Below are positions 13,697-26,946 of a stretch of 64,000 bases of DNA, in pieces. Each line of letters starts with the position of its first letter. Position 1 is the stretch's first letter. Origin of the DNA: Camelus ferus (Eukaryota); the NCBI RefSeq assembly GCF_009834535.1, contig NC_045698.1:15068001-15132000 (forward strand). Reading direction: 5' to 3'. Both the position numbers and the translations under genes were made by a program. Under the pieces are notes generated by a model. The model made no database searches. It saw nothing but the letters and a program-made list of their open reading frames with translations, and was not told the origin of the DNA.

Positions 13697-14281
13697 CATC
13701 GTAGGCAGACTTCTAAGATGGCTCTTATCGATACCCACCTCTTTGTCTTCACACACTCTATGATCCCTTATCGTTAAGAGTAAACTGGACCTAGTGGCTT
13801 GCTCCTGATGAATAGAATGTAAGTTATAGGATGTTACTTCTGAGATTAGGTTACAAAAGGTGGTTGACTTCCACATCACTACCTTTCTCTCTCTGTTTCT
13901 TTGTCTCTGTCTTTGTCTCTGTCTCTGTCTGGTTCTTCTTGGGTGCTTGCTTTAATAAAGCAAACTGGAAAGGCTCATATGACAAGGAACTGAGGATGGG
14001 CTCTGGTCAATCACCAACAGGGAACTGAGCGCTTTTGTCCAACAACCCTTAAGGGACTCAATCCTGAATCACATGAATGAGCCTAGAGTTGGATCCTTCC
14101 CCAGGGAAGTCTTCAGAAGAGATGACTGACCTGGCTGATGTTTGTCTATAGCCTGTGAGGCTCTAAACTAGAGGACCCGGCTGAGCCACACAAGGACCCT
14201 CGACTCTCAGAAAATGTGAGAAAAGTGTTGTTTCAATCCACTAAGTTTTGAAGTATTTGTACACAGAAGAAAAATAATAGA
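13697..14281 (+). mobile_element. MaLR LTR (MLT1F-like) inserted in L2
   Basis: gtaggcagacttctaagatggc start, MLT1 3' end, 5-bp TSD gtgct at 13692-13696 and 14282-14286. Confidence 0.85.
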
Positions 14282-14320
14282 GTGCTGTATTCCCTCTGCA
14301 GAGGAAACACTCAACAAATA

Positions 14321-14397
14321 TTAAGGTAATCATATTAAATTGTCATTTTTGTAGGTCAAAATGTTCAAATATCAAAATTTTCATAGACTTCAAGATA
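14321..14397. mobile_element. MADE2-like mariner MITE in the L2 tail
   Basis: ~77 bp, TA-flanked; catattaaattgtcatttttgtaggtcaaaa..aatatc..aattttcata matches recalled MADE2 consensus. Confidence 0.7.
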
Positions 14398-16269
14398 CAT
14401 TTGTTGAATGAAGTAGTGAAAAGCTTGTGAAGATACAAAGGAAAACTGAAAAGTGTAAATTTCCTTCAAGAATTTAAGTAATTTAAAGTAGTGTTTAAGG
14501 ATTTTAAAGTAGTTAAGGGGTAGTCGGTATAACTTAGTGAAAAAAATAATGTGACACCAGGAAGTAGTGTTGAATTGTCATTTTGCCACTTTCTGGCAAT
14601 GAGGTATTTGGTAACTTATTCTCAAAAAAAAATTTTAAATGTATAGTATTAACTATTTTGGATTATTGCTATGAAGATGAAGTGATAAGAATGAGAGAGC
14701 ATAACTACCTTACTGTCTGACATCCAGTGATTCTTTTTAAATATTATTCATGGGAAACTAGTACTTATTTTACTATGTCTCAATATAGATTTTTGACGTT
14801 TTCCCGTAATATAAGGAAACTGAATAAAAAGGAAAACGAGCTAAATATTTAGTATAAATACACTGAAGGCCTACATTATCTTTTTCACACAATCTAATTT
14901 CTAACATTATTTTTAATAATTTTATTGAAATATTTATTTCTACAGAATTAAGATAATACTATTAAAAGTCATGTAATTATTCAAATTTCAGATAAATATT
15001 CCCAGATTGAATCATAGTTTAAAAGGAAAATGATCATCTCAGTTTTGACTCAAAGTCATATAGTTAGGTTCAGAATTAGACTTTTGAGTAACAGCTTCTA
15101 TAAAATATTCAAAAGCTAGAAGACATTTATCTTAAATGTCAAGTAAGAGATGCACATTTTAGAAACAAATCCTGGTGATTTATGTCTGATCTTTTTCTAT
15201 TTTTTTGTTAGTCCATATATATTAGTAAGTTAAAACATTAACAAATGATAGAGAAAAATGGTGGGAAAAGCAGAGAAAAATCTCTTTAAATATGTTTAAG
15301 AAGGCAATGAGAGGTATTTTCATGATGGGTATCCAAGTAGAAGAAAAACAATAATTTCAGGAGCATATCCTTCTTTTTGGAAAATATAGGAAATATGCAT
15401 GTATAGTATATATATGATCTCTTATTGAGGAAGAACTATGAACATTAATTAATGGCAAACGGTCTCAGCTAAGTCACAACTTTTGTTAAAACAGTTTGTG
15501 CTCCGTTATAAATATTTATTTAGTAAGTTTTGCATTTTACAATTATGTGACATTCCAAATTTTTTTATTGAATGTGTATCATTTCAGATATGCCTTTTTT
15601 TCAGTAGACATCTGGCTATTTGAAATATACAGAGTGTGGTGTCACCTAGATAAGAAATGTAAACTGTTGCCTGAATTCAATTCAATTATAAGTGAAAACA
15701 ACTATTCATGAAATTGAAGTGTATATTATGACTCATGAGCTAAATACATTAGTATGGTATGGACATGAGTGACATATCAAGAATGAAAACAAAATATGAA
15801 TATATATGCACAATCATCTTAGAATGCTGGAAAATACTAATATCATTATGGACTTTAATACTTTTGTCATTTTTTTTGCTCTTATTGTAAAAAAAGTAAG
15901 CCTGTTGATAAAATTTATATTTTTATTTATAAAACATGAGGTTGACTATAAATAATAAAATATAATTCCACCAAATGTATGTGTATACACACACAAAGTA
16001 CGTACATACACTACACACATACCTACATATGTACATATATATACATATTCAAACATATAAACATATATGAAGCAGACAGTGCATTACAAAATCACTTTGC
16101 ATAAAATATCACCTAGAATTACATAAGAAATTCAATAACTGTGATCAACTGAGAAAATAATTTAAATGACTGATGTAACAAAGGTGTGATGTAGAATGTT
16201 TAGCGTGTAACTGTGTCAGTCCTTTCTTACAATATAGTTTAAATTCTTGAGGTCTCACTTGTGCATTTT

Positions 16270-16920
16270 CAGCGTGGACTCTCATTGGCTTCAACTGGTG
16301 GAATACAAAATGCTTCTGCTTTATGTCCACAACCCCCACCATTTGGCTTTCTCACCAGTGCTTCTCTATAGATTTATGATGTAAGCTAACATATGATCCA
16401 CCCACACCTACACAACCAAAACTACAAGTGAGTTACTAACCAGAGGGTGAACTCTTGATAACTGAGAATTGGACACAAGGAAATTAATTCTTCACTTTTT
16501 CTTCCCCTGACAGACCGGGGATGCAATTGTTCATAAAATCTACTGTAAGATGGTTTTACAGAACTGAACCAAACTCTGGAAAGCTCAGTAATGCACCAGG
16601 AATTAGCTCTCCCACCTCTCTTGCCATACTTGCTTTTTCCCCTTCACTCCAGTCCCTGGAATTACAGTTCCTAATAGAACAGTAGTATATCCACTTTTAT
16701 CATGGTACCTGCTTGATGGAAGACGTAGGCCAAGATGGTTGATTCTGGGAGTGTTCTTAAAGCCAAACCCTCAGGATGGGAGTTTGGAGCTAGATTACTC
16801 ATAGTCCTGATGGCAGTAAGTTGGTTTTAGTTAACCTCTGGCATCCGTGGCATCAAGATTATTATCACTCTCACATATTACTAATTGAGATCCGGTGCAT
16901 TTGGCAAGTGACCTATTGAC
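16270..16920 (+). mobile_element. ERVL LTR16-like LTR followed by start of internal sequence (ERV3-16A3-like)
   Basis: LTR16-type 3' half then accctcaggatgggagtttggagctagattactca. Confidence 0.7.
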
Positions 16921-17104
16921 ATATGATGTAACTATATGCCATTGTTTTTCATTTTTAATTATTTGAAATGTTGTTATTAAAATATGCAATTTTGGCAGCA
17001 GATACAACAAAGTAGTTGTCTCATAATATCTCAACCTCACAGGTCCAAAAAATTAGAAAAATAGGTATATAATTCCTAGAAAAAATTACAAAAAGCTGAA
17101 GAGT

Positions 17105-17520
17105 GTATATTAGTGAATTTTGCTACAATAACAAACAATTCCCCCAAATCCCACATCTTACAAGAAACATCCATATATTGTTCTCACTGTATGCCAGGAT
17201 TGTGAGTTCCCTGATGCAGCTCTCTTCTATATGTCTTAACATTCTGGGATGGAAGTTAAACTACAACCTTATTTGACATATATCATTGTTTTGGTAGAGA
17301 AAAAGAGCATGGAAACTGACAAAATATGCAATGGCTTAAAACTTTCACTCAGAATTTGTCACATGTCATGCCTACTCAAAGCTCATTGGTCAAAGAAAGT
17401 AACATGCTCAAGCCCCTCCCTCAAAGAATTTGCCCTTAAATTGCAATTGATAAGGATATAATCCTACTTCACAAAAGGGAGGAGCAAATAATTGGGTAAA
17501 ATAAATACTGGCTGTAATGA
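17105..17520 (-). mobile_element. MaLR LTR (MLT1I/J-like)
   Basis: tgctacaataacaaacaattcccccaaatc start; cattggtcaaagaaagtaacatg. Confidence 0.6.
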
Positions 17521-17579
17521 GAGAAAACACACAAAAACAAAGAATAGATCTAAGTTTGTACTACTTTTAAAAGAATAGG

Positions 17580-18990
17580 TGTAGTAACTTTTTGTTTGTT
17601 TGCAGTGAGAATACTTAAGATCTTTTCTTTTATCAAGTTTTAAGTATACAATACAGTGTTATTAATTATAATTACCATGCTGTACATTAGATCCCCAGAA
17701 CACTTTTATCTTTTTTTGTGTTGTTACATTTTTTTATTGAGTTATAGTCATTTTAAAATGTTGTGTCAAATTCCAGTGTAGAGCACAATTTTTCAGTTAT
17801 ACATGAACATACATATATTCATTGTCACATTTCTTTTTCACTGTGAGCTACCACAAAATCTTGTATATATTTCCCTGTGCTATACATTATAATCTTCTTT
17901 ATCTATTCTGTGTATGCCTGTCAGTATCTACAAATTTTGAAATCCCAGTCTGTCCCTTCCCACCCCCCCCATCCCCTTGGCAACTACAAGTTTGTATTCT
18001 ATATCTATGAGTCTGTTTCTGTTTAGTATTTATGTTCTTTATTTTTTTTTAATTCCACATATGAGCAATCTCATATGGTATTTTTCTTTCTCTTTCTGGC
18101 TTACTTCACTTAGAATGACATTCTCCAGGAATATGCATGTTGCTGCAAATGGTGTTACGTTGTTGGTTTTTTGGCTGAATAGTATTCCATTGTATAAATA
18201 CACCATATCTTCTTTATCCAGTCATCTGTTGATGGACATTTAGTTTCTTTCCATGTCTTGGCTATTGTAAATAGTGCTGCTATGAACATTGGGGTGCAGC
18301 TGTCATCCTGAAGTAGGGTTCCTTCTGGATATATGCCCAGGAGTGGGATGACTGGGTCATATAGTAAGGCTATTCCTAGTCTTTTGAGGAATCTCCATAC
18401 TATTTTCCACAGTGGCTGCACCAAACTGCATTCCCACCAGCAGTGTAGGAGGGTTCCCTTTTCTCCACAGTCTCTCCAGCATTTGTCATTTGTGGACTTT
18501 TGAATGATGGCCATTCTGGCTGGTGTAAGGTGATACCTCATTGTAGTTTTGATTTGCATTTCTCTGATAATTAGTGATGTAGAGCATTTTTTTCATGTGC
18601 CTATTGATTGTGTTTATTCTTTGGAGAATTGCTTGTTTAGGTCTTCTGCCCATTTTTGGATTGGGTTGTTTGTTTTTTTCTTATTGAGTCATATGAGCTG
18701 CTTATATACTCTGGAGATCAAGCCTTTGTCGGTTTCATTGTTTGCAAAAATTTTCTCCCATTCCGTAGGTTGTTGTTTTGTTTTACTTATGGTTTCCTTT
18801 ACTGTGCAGAAGCTTGTAAGTTTAACTAGGTCCCATAAGTTTATTCTTGCTTTTATTTCTATTGCTTGGATAGACTGCCCTAGGAGAACATTTTGAGATG
18901 TATGTCAGATAATGTTTTGCCTATATTTTCTTCTAGGAGGTTTCATTTTTATCTTACAACTTTTGTACTCATTGTCAACTTTACCTCAAT
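17580..18990 (-). mobile_element. Older L1 (L1MA9-like) 3' end split by the young L1
   Basis: accatgctgtacattagatccccagaac before the insertion continues as atcttacaacttttgtac after it. Confidence 0.75.
17713..18943 (-). mobile_element. Young lineage-specific 5'-truncated L1, copy 2, with TSD
   Basis: TSD cacttttatctt (17701-17712) / catttttatctt (18944-18955); T-tract; ORF 18155-18559 is the ORF2p Cys-rich C-terminus. Confidence 0.95.
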
Positions 18991-20029
18991 AAAACTGAAA
19001 AAAAGAAAAAAATGCAGTCCTATAGTTGAACAATACTGTACTTTCTTTTATAAACTATTTAATTGAAAAGATATGTATTTCATCCAACCTCCATGGCATT
19101 CTTCACAAAAAAGTCTTTTGTTATGACCTGCTATAATTATCTGAATTCTTTTACCTAGATTATGTTGATATGTGTATGTTTTGAACACATACAGAATGTA
19201 GATCTTATAGGAGTAAATTCTTTTAGTTAACATAAGATGACTGGCACATAAAAGTGAAATAAAAGAAAACTTTATTTAACTTTGTTTTATCTCCAAAGGT
19301 TAGGAATGTTAGAGTTCCATAGCTTTCCCCATGGAGAGACCTGACAACTGTCATCCCCAAATATTGAAATTTGTAGCTTATGTTTTGTGTCCTTTTTCTT
19401 TCAAGATTCTGTCATGGGAAATCAGTATAGTTATCAGCTTTCATTATGCAAGAATTTATAAAAATAACAGAGATAGCTAATATAGCTGACAATAAACTGT
19501 TTCAATATTTTGCAGATTTGAATAAAATCCAGAGACAATAACCATATGGTGTTGTTAGTACCACTTTGCTAACATCATATATCAAACAGCTATACATTGT
19601 ATCTATGTAGAAATGTAGTGATCAGATTATTAAATTCAGGTCAGTGGTCACACAATTATAAATTAATTTCTAACAAGAGTGCTTATATTGTATGTAACAT
19701 TTATGAAGTACAAATCATTCTTCATAGCAAAGATTGATTTTTAACAATTTCATTAAGTTCAGCAGAAAAGCCTAGAATTAAAAACAATTTATAAGCAACC
19801 AAGTTTCGAACTCCAAAACTTCTGGTGACATTGCTGATGGTTTTACTATTGTCATTCTATTTATTCAATCTAGATCTTGCTCACAATTTTATGGAAAGGA
19901 TTATATATATATAAAAGCCTCACAATTATATGTTTAAAGAATACTTCTGAAGGGTATCAATTAGTGTTTCAACAATATGGTGGTCAAGAAAACACTTAGA
20001 TCTCTTGCTGAGGGTCCACACTTCTAGAA

Positions 20030-22185
20030 GGGTCCCCATATTCATGTCAAGGACATGAAGACATGCTTTCTGGCTGCCCACCAACCAATGACTGAAGATG
20101 GTATAGATACAACAGAGCCAAGGCACTACTACTGGTTGGAGATTTCCCATAATCTGAAATACAATCTGAGACACTTCCTGCTCAACACTCCTTATTTCTC
20201 TGGCTTATTTTAAGGGGTTCATCCGTTCATGAAAGCATGAATCCTCTCCTTGTCTATTACTGCTTCTTCACTTTTATCTTTTGCAAGTATCTCCTCAATA
20301 AAATCAGTCATATCTAATTCTCTTTAGAAGACCTTAGTTGACTGAGGTAGCAGACAATGGCTCAGGAAAAACATAGTAGATGGTGCTTGGGGACTGGCTT
20401 TCTTACTGCCTGGTAAACAAAAGAGATACCATGTGTGGTGAGCGGGATATGGATGGTCTGTAGCACAAGATGGAGTCCCAACAGCTCATGATTTCCCCTG
20501 TGGTGACTGGAGAAAATGTTTAAGTCCACTGTAGTGGATGGCCATTGCACTTACAATGGTTCAGGCTTTTGAGGTATGAGGGAGAATAATGCATTAAAGA
20601 AATGAGGAGTTGACTGGTTTTTGATGAGGTGTATTGATGCTGGGGAGAGAGATGATAAGAAACTAGGACCATTATTGGTAAAATCTGGGACTAGGATATA
20701 GGGATTGAAGACATCTAGATGGATTATCTAGATAGGTGCTCCTGAAAATGTTGTCTCTGCTGGACCCCCTGAATCCTCAGGGTTCCCAGAGGTGACTCAC
20801 CAACCCTCCCCTAGTGAAAGCTAGCACTTTATCCATGCTAGAAAACACTGCAGTAGCCTGTCTCACAAGGGCAACAGATGACCATCTTCCCTCATGAGCT
20901 TCATTTCTTCTCCCTTGGGTCACAGGCTGGTAACTAGCATTAAATTGCCACATAATCCAACTGGAATGTGTTCAATCTGATGAGGAAGAGCGTATTTGCT
21001 GACAAGTACTGGCAGGAGTCAAGGAAGTAACCCAGGGATTGCATTTTGGTACTAGTTGCTTATTAGGCCAGATTGTAAGATGGGACAAGCAAGAATTCTT
21101 CTCAGCACATGGGGATTTAACCCTCAGGCAAGGACCCCAGAAAAATAAGGATGTATCAACTCTCTAGAAGAAAGAAGAAAGCAATGTTCCATGTTGAGCA
21201 ATAGATGTAGCTTAGTTTCCGTGAAAGAATAAAGAGGCTGCAGGAAGAGAGAAGTTGGAGAGAATAATTTATGTGACTCCAGGAAACTTGTCAGAGAAGA
21301 ATGTTTCACAGAAGGAGCCAGAGCACACACCATTAACCAAGACCATCAGAACATCAGAAATGCATCGGTGAGAGGCACCACCAAAACTTAAGTGGTAGCT
21401 CTGTTCTGTAAGGCTGGGTTAATGACAGGAAAGGCAGTAACAAACCTGGAATTGTTAATATCTATGAATCTCAAATAACAGGTGTGACCACCAATGTCAG
21501 AAAAGCAGCTAAGGTGCACATGGCCTAAAAACAGTGGTAAAGATAGTTAACTGATAGTCTCTAGGTCCATCCATGTCACTGCAAATGGCATAAGTCAGAG
21601 AAAGACAAATATCATATGATGTTGCTTATGTATGGAATAAAAAAAAAAAAAAGGATACAAATTTTATTTATAAACCAGAAATAGACTCATGAACATAGAA
21701 AACAAACTGTGGTTACTGAGGGGAAAGAGGAGGGAAGGATAGACTAGGAGTTTGGAATTAACAGATACACATTAATATATATAAAGTAGATAAACAACAA
21801 GGACCTTTTGTATAACACAGGGAACTATATTCAACTTCTTGTAATGCGCTGCAGTGGGGACAGGGACAGGCAACCAGCTCGGGTACTGTTTCACGTCTGT
21901 CGTAAGAAAAGAGCAAGGACAGAGGAGCAGGAGGATGAACTTCGTACTGTCACTCCAGTCTTGACCGTCTACTCAGTTTCTGGAACCGTGTCAATTTTCA
22001 GATCCATAGCCCATTTACTGGTGCAGAAACAGATGGCTGGCTAGGAGGAAGGGTTTGTGCAATGATGCAGTCAGTGTGTATTACAATGATTTCTTCTGTT
22101 CTTCCACAAAGACCTATGGCTTTTTACTTAGGTGATGGTAACTTGAGGAGAGAAATACAGTGGGATTCTGAAGCCTGCTGGCAGA
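20030..22185 (+). mobile_element. ERVL LTR (LTR40-like, ~20030-20345) plus degraded internal sequence
   Basis: LTR with aataaa near 20297 followed by ERVL-type leader (gatggtgcttggggactggct..); internal part resumes after the L1 at 21846. Confidence 0.6.
21552..21845 (+). mobile_element. Cetartiodactyl-type L1 3' fragment with 5' inversion
   Basis: Antisense piece 21552-21591 joined to sense aagtcagagaaagacaaatatcatatg...cacagggaactatattcaa. Confidence 0.85.
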
Positions 22186-22189
22186 ATTC

Positions 22190-22390
22190 CCTTTTCTAGC
22201 AAGGCCTGTAACTGACTGGATGTGGGCCACCCATATTATAGAGGGTGATCTGCTTTACTCAAAGTTTACTGATTTAAATGGTGATCTCATCTTAAAAAAA
22301 ATACTTTCACAGAACCATCTAGAATAATATTTGACCAAATATCTGGTTACTATGGCTTACCCAAGTTGACATAGGAAATTAACTATTCTG
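22190..22390 (-). mobile_element. MLT2-type (ERVL) LTR fragment
   Basis: cccatattatagagggtgatctgctttactcaaag...ccaagttgacataggaaattaac. Confidence 0.8.
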
Positions 22391-25300
22391 TCATGTAGTA
22401 TTTTTTCTTTATTTTCTCCTTTCCTTCTTCTCTTTTTTCTGCTTTTCTTTCTTTTTGTTCTTAATATCCCTTTGCCTTTGTTTGTGTAGAAAGGAGATTA
22501 AGAGGTGATAACCAAGAAAGCTACATGCAAACACCGATCATTCTTCCAGTGATCAAAGGTCTGACCAACTGTCTGAAATCATGATTGCTGTAAAGCAGTG
22601 TTACAAATCATGATACAGAGGTTTTGTGTGAAATGAACATTTTTATTTTATATTTTTTTACTTGCTGATTCTTAATTTACTTTCCAATTAACTTATGGAG
22701 TTTTTCATTTTTTGATGGCAACAATGATTAAATTAAAAAAAAGTGTTACTTAGTTTTCCTGCCAGCAATATACAAGAAAAATGCTTTGATAATTTTAAAA
22801 CTTATTTAAAAGATTGCAATCTTTACTTCTGTGCTCTCTGTTAAATGTCAACTACTTTTGACCATTGACTCAGAGCTAAAATGAATAGTCAGTTAACGTG
22901 ATGAGATACAATTCACAGTCCATTTTTGGAGATGATCTGAGGGAGATTCAGGTGAGGTCACCAAACCCAGTTTCCATCCTATTGTTTCACATATTGAGAA
23001 GTGTTTCTTGAAGAAAAATTCAGTCTACCATTTTTATTATTTATTTTTCTTGTGATGTAAACATGTAATATTGTTCAGAAAAGGCTAATTTCTACTTCAC
23101 ACACTTTGGAGAAGAGGCAGTAAATATGGAGTGACAAAACCCTAAACTTTTAACTAATTGGCTAAAGTCACAGATGGGAAAATTTTGGTACATTCATTTA
23201 ACCAGGATATTTTTATTAGAGTATCCATATGATGTCAGGCACTGCACTACACATGGAAATCATTGTGGTAAATACAAGGTACCTTGCCTACTTCCTCTTA
23301 AAGCTAGTAGACTATGGAAAAGAGATAGAAATAAAGATGTCCAAACAGTTATTATAATCAGGAAAGCACAGAGTATTATACCCTGGGCTCCCAGTGGAGG
23401 GTAAGAGTCAGGGAGCTTGATTAATTCAAGTATAGTGGAATATTTGGAAGACAGAAAAAAAATCACATTTCAATTGGTAGAGAATTCACTAGTATTTTTG
23501 TGTATAGGGGAAAATGCAAACTGCCTTTTGAATGATCTTTCTTCTTCAGACATTCTCATGGCCTGATACCTTTTCAGTGATGCTGACTTAAAGGAATTAG
23601 GGCTCTTTTTCCCTTGGAAATGGTACAACAGACTTGAAGCCTGACAAAGGCAACTATTTCAGAGACCCCTCTTTTACGATGTGGTTGCAACGACGAGAAC
23701 AGACAGTGTTGCATGATGTTGAAGATACTGCTTGTGAGGGACAGGATGCACCACAGATTATGACCCTAATGTCTTCTCTTTGGAGGAGAAACATTATTAA
23801 GATCTCTTTAATGGAATTAGATTGTCCAGAATGAAGTCCACTCACATTAAAGGCTCCAAAGACAGCAGAAGGGGCACTTACCAGGAAGCAAGGGAATATC
23901 TTTATCTGAGATCCAGAAATATCTCCAGGGTTTGTCTAAAGCATTCCTATGTGATTACATTTTAGAGACTTTGCAGTACCAGCCACCCAGGCACAGCAGC
24001 AGGCCTTCAGGTTAGTGACTGGGTTTAAATGTACGTGTATTCTAACCTTGGACAATAAGCACGAGCATCCGTGCGAACCTGGAGCATCTTTCTAGGAATG
24101 TGACTCATTGGAAGAATCATCAAAATAGAAAACACAATTCAGTAGAGTGTGTTAGACTCTTTTTCCCCCCAATTAAGGTTTATTGGAACTATGTGCTCCA
24201 ATCTATAATGCTCAAATCTTCCAGCTGTTGAGGAAGATTGCAGCTGATAATTTTGCAATTTGGAGCCTCTGGCAAACAAAGGCAGCATCCACCCAGAGGT
24301 GCCCTTCAGAGTTTTGAATTCCCTGGGGTTTTAACCACCTTGACATGACAAACAGGTACATTGCTTTTGTTTTTTTGTTTCTGTTCTGTTTTTGTTGTTT
24401 TGTCTTGTTTTCTGTCACAGCTTACTTTTTAATAGTGGTATGTTGCACTGTATCAAATAGAGTCAAATACTAGAAAATAAATCTAATTTACCAGATAGTT
24501 CACTGCCAAGAATTTACAATCAGGATTGCTTCCACTGGCCTGTCTTCTCAGCCAAGTTCCTGATAATTTGTTTGGAGGTTATGGTAGAAACCATTAAACC
24601 ACCAAACCTCTTCTCATTTTTGAAAATGTAGCTAGACTGCATTTGCCATCGTGTTGATGTTGGTGGTGTTCAATGTGGCCTTGAGGCCAAGTTCTCTCAA
24701 ACAAAATATGTGCATCTGTCCTATGTTTCACGTCCAAGTTGGGCATTTAAAGCATCCCATATGCTTTTTCCAAAGCCTCTTACTTCAGCAGGCCATCTCC
24801 CACTGGCCCTGGATGATGGCAGAGCCATGGGTGAAAGAAAGTCCATGAAGGACCGTGTGGAGAAGTGGCAACAGGTTGAACTGAGCATCACTCTATAGTA
24901 TGAGAGTGTCCCATCTGAACTTATTTTTGCAATGGTTTAGCCTAAGGAATACATGGTTAAATTGCTAAAGGAAAATGGCTTCTAGAAAGCAAATATTGTT
25001 TTCTTTCTGCTAAAGCCAGTTAAGGGTCCCATTAAATATTTTTTAAAAATACATGTGAATAATTTTTAATCTAAGCTGATGAGAAAATTTTAAATTATTA
25101 TACATTAGTGGATTCAAAATTAAATCACATTTTACAGTTTTAAATAAACAATCAAAAAATTGATTTTTCAAATCAATAAGCCACTCACAAACACACACAT
25201 ACATACCTATATAAGAAGGTAATAATTAAGGTCATTTGTAACTTTGCTTTGCAAACATTATGCCACAAAAGTTAACATTTGTTACACTCTCTGTTATTTT

Positions 25301-26946
25301 GATTAATTATAATGGCATCATCAATTAAGATCATTTGCAAAATAAAAAAAATTTATTTTTTAATATATATTGGCACATATATACTACTGCATTTGAGGAA
25401 GATCTGATTATTGTTACAGTGACCTCTAAATACTTGATCAAGTATTCCAAAGTGATTTTCTCAGTAGTTTGTTTACAATTGCAATTTGAGTTTTTCTTTA
25501 TAAATGAAAATTCCCTGTAAATATTTCCTTTATGCATGTATTTAGAAAGTGTTATTTTTGAAAACTGATTACATGTGAATTCACCTGTATGTTTATGATT
25601 CCTGAAAGATTGATTAAAGTAGATCTATTGGTACATGAGACTAAGAGCATTGAGGGGATCAATATCCGTGTCTGAAGTCTCCAATTCACATCAAAGAAAT
25701 AGAGTGAATTTATATATATATAAAATTAATGATAATACAAAAATGTTGGTCACTCTTGACATTTTATAAAGAAACATGGCTACAAATATGTGAAAAGTAT
25801 AATTTTTAATTTCAAGCAGATTTTTAAAAAATATTTAAATGTATATTCAAGGACAGCAACAAATGTGTCATCCTTGGATTCAATACATCTTTTTACTATG
25901 TTATATATGAACTTATTTTATAAGATAGTTACTTACCTTAGTTGTGATAGATTCACCTTTTGTTTTATAATAAGTTTGGTTCAGCTCAGCATCTAAATCC
26001 TAAAGTATTGGTCCTGCTCATTTCCATTTAGATGAGTGCCTGATTAAAGTACCTGGCACTCTGACTTCTTAATATAAACCTTTACATTTTTTTGATAGAA
26101 AAGTGTGCTCTTTTCACATAGTTTAATAGAGTCAAATCTGAATATCATTCAAACACTAAATATTTGTTTTAGTTAACATTTTCATTGTGATGCACGTGTG
26201 GTCTAAAGTTTGTATAAGCATAGAGTGACTTCTAGTAATATTTTCCCTGAATAGTATTTTAATTTTTATAAGGAACTTGAAAATTAATAGTATATGAGGA
26301 GAAACATGTGATGGATAAAGGGGTGAATACAATAATGACAGATTAAAACTGAGGATAATAATGAGGCTGTGAACTAAGACACTGGCTGCGTCATTCTCTA
26401 GGCATAATTCTCCACACTTTCCTGGGCATATACATATTTTTTCATTCTTCTCAAACATGATACAGGATTTCCTCCTGTGAAAGATCAGTCTCTCAGTAAA
26501 TATTCTTCTTGTCCTTCTTTAGTGACTTAGGAAACAAATTGCTCCTGATGTTTCTTGATTTTCTCTGTTTCACTCATCTTTTCCTTTGTATTAAGATCAT
26601 TACATCAGCATTCAAATATGCTTTAGAATCTCTCACCTCAAATGAATTAAAAAAAAAAAAAGACATGCAAAGGATTAGCTAGATCTCTGAATTAAACATC
26701 TGGTCCAGAAAATAACCTAATGATACATATTCTGACACAGACATTGCCTTCTTAAGTCCAGGGAAATTTCATTTTCTTTTTTCCCCTCTAGTACATCACG
26801 GTGCATTGTCTTATTGGAACCAGGTACTAAATCTCTTCAACCCTACAGCTTGTCATTGAGTTCATGTTCTGAAATTTCTTGTCTCTATCATGCTGATCTC
26901 ACCACTCCTTGCGCCCCTTGTTTGATTATACAGTAAAGAAAGTGTC

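Larger units (their letters stand above)
12020..14415 (+). mobile_element. L2 3' portion split by three younger insertions
   Basis: Collinear L2 motifs: cttgtcaaagtcact; ggagtcatccttgacctc; aatgtaagctccatgag; tail ctcaacaaata|catttgttgaatgaa. Confidence 0.85.
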
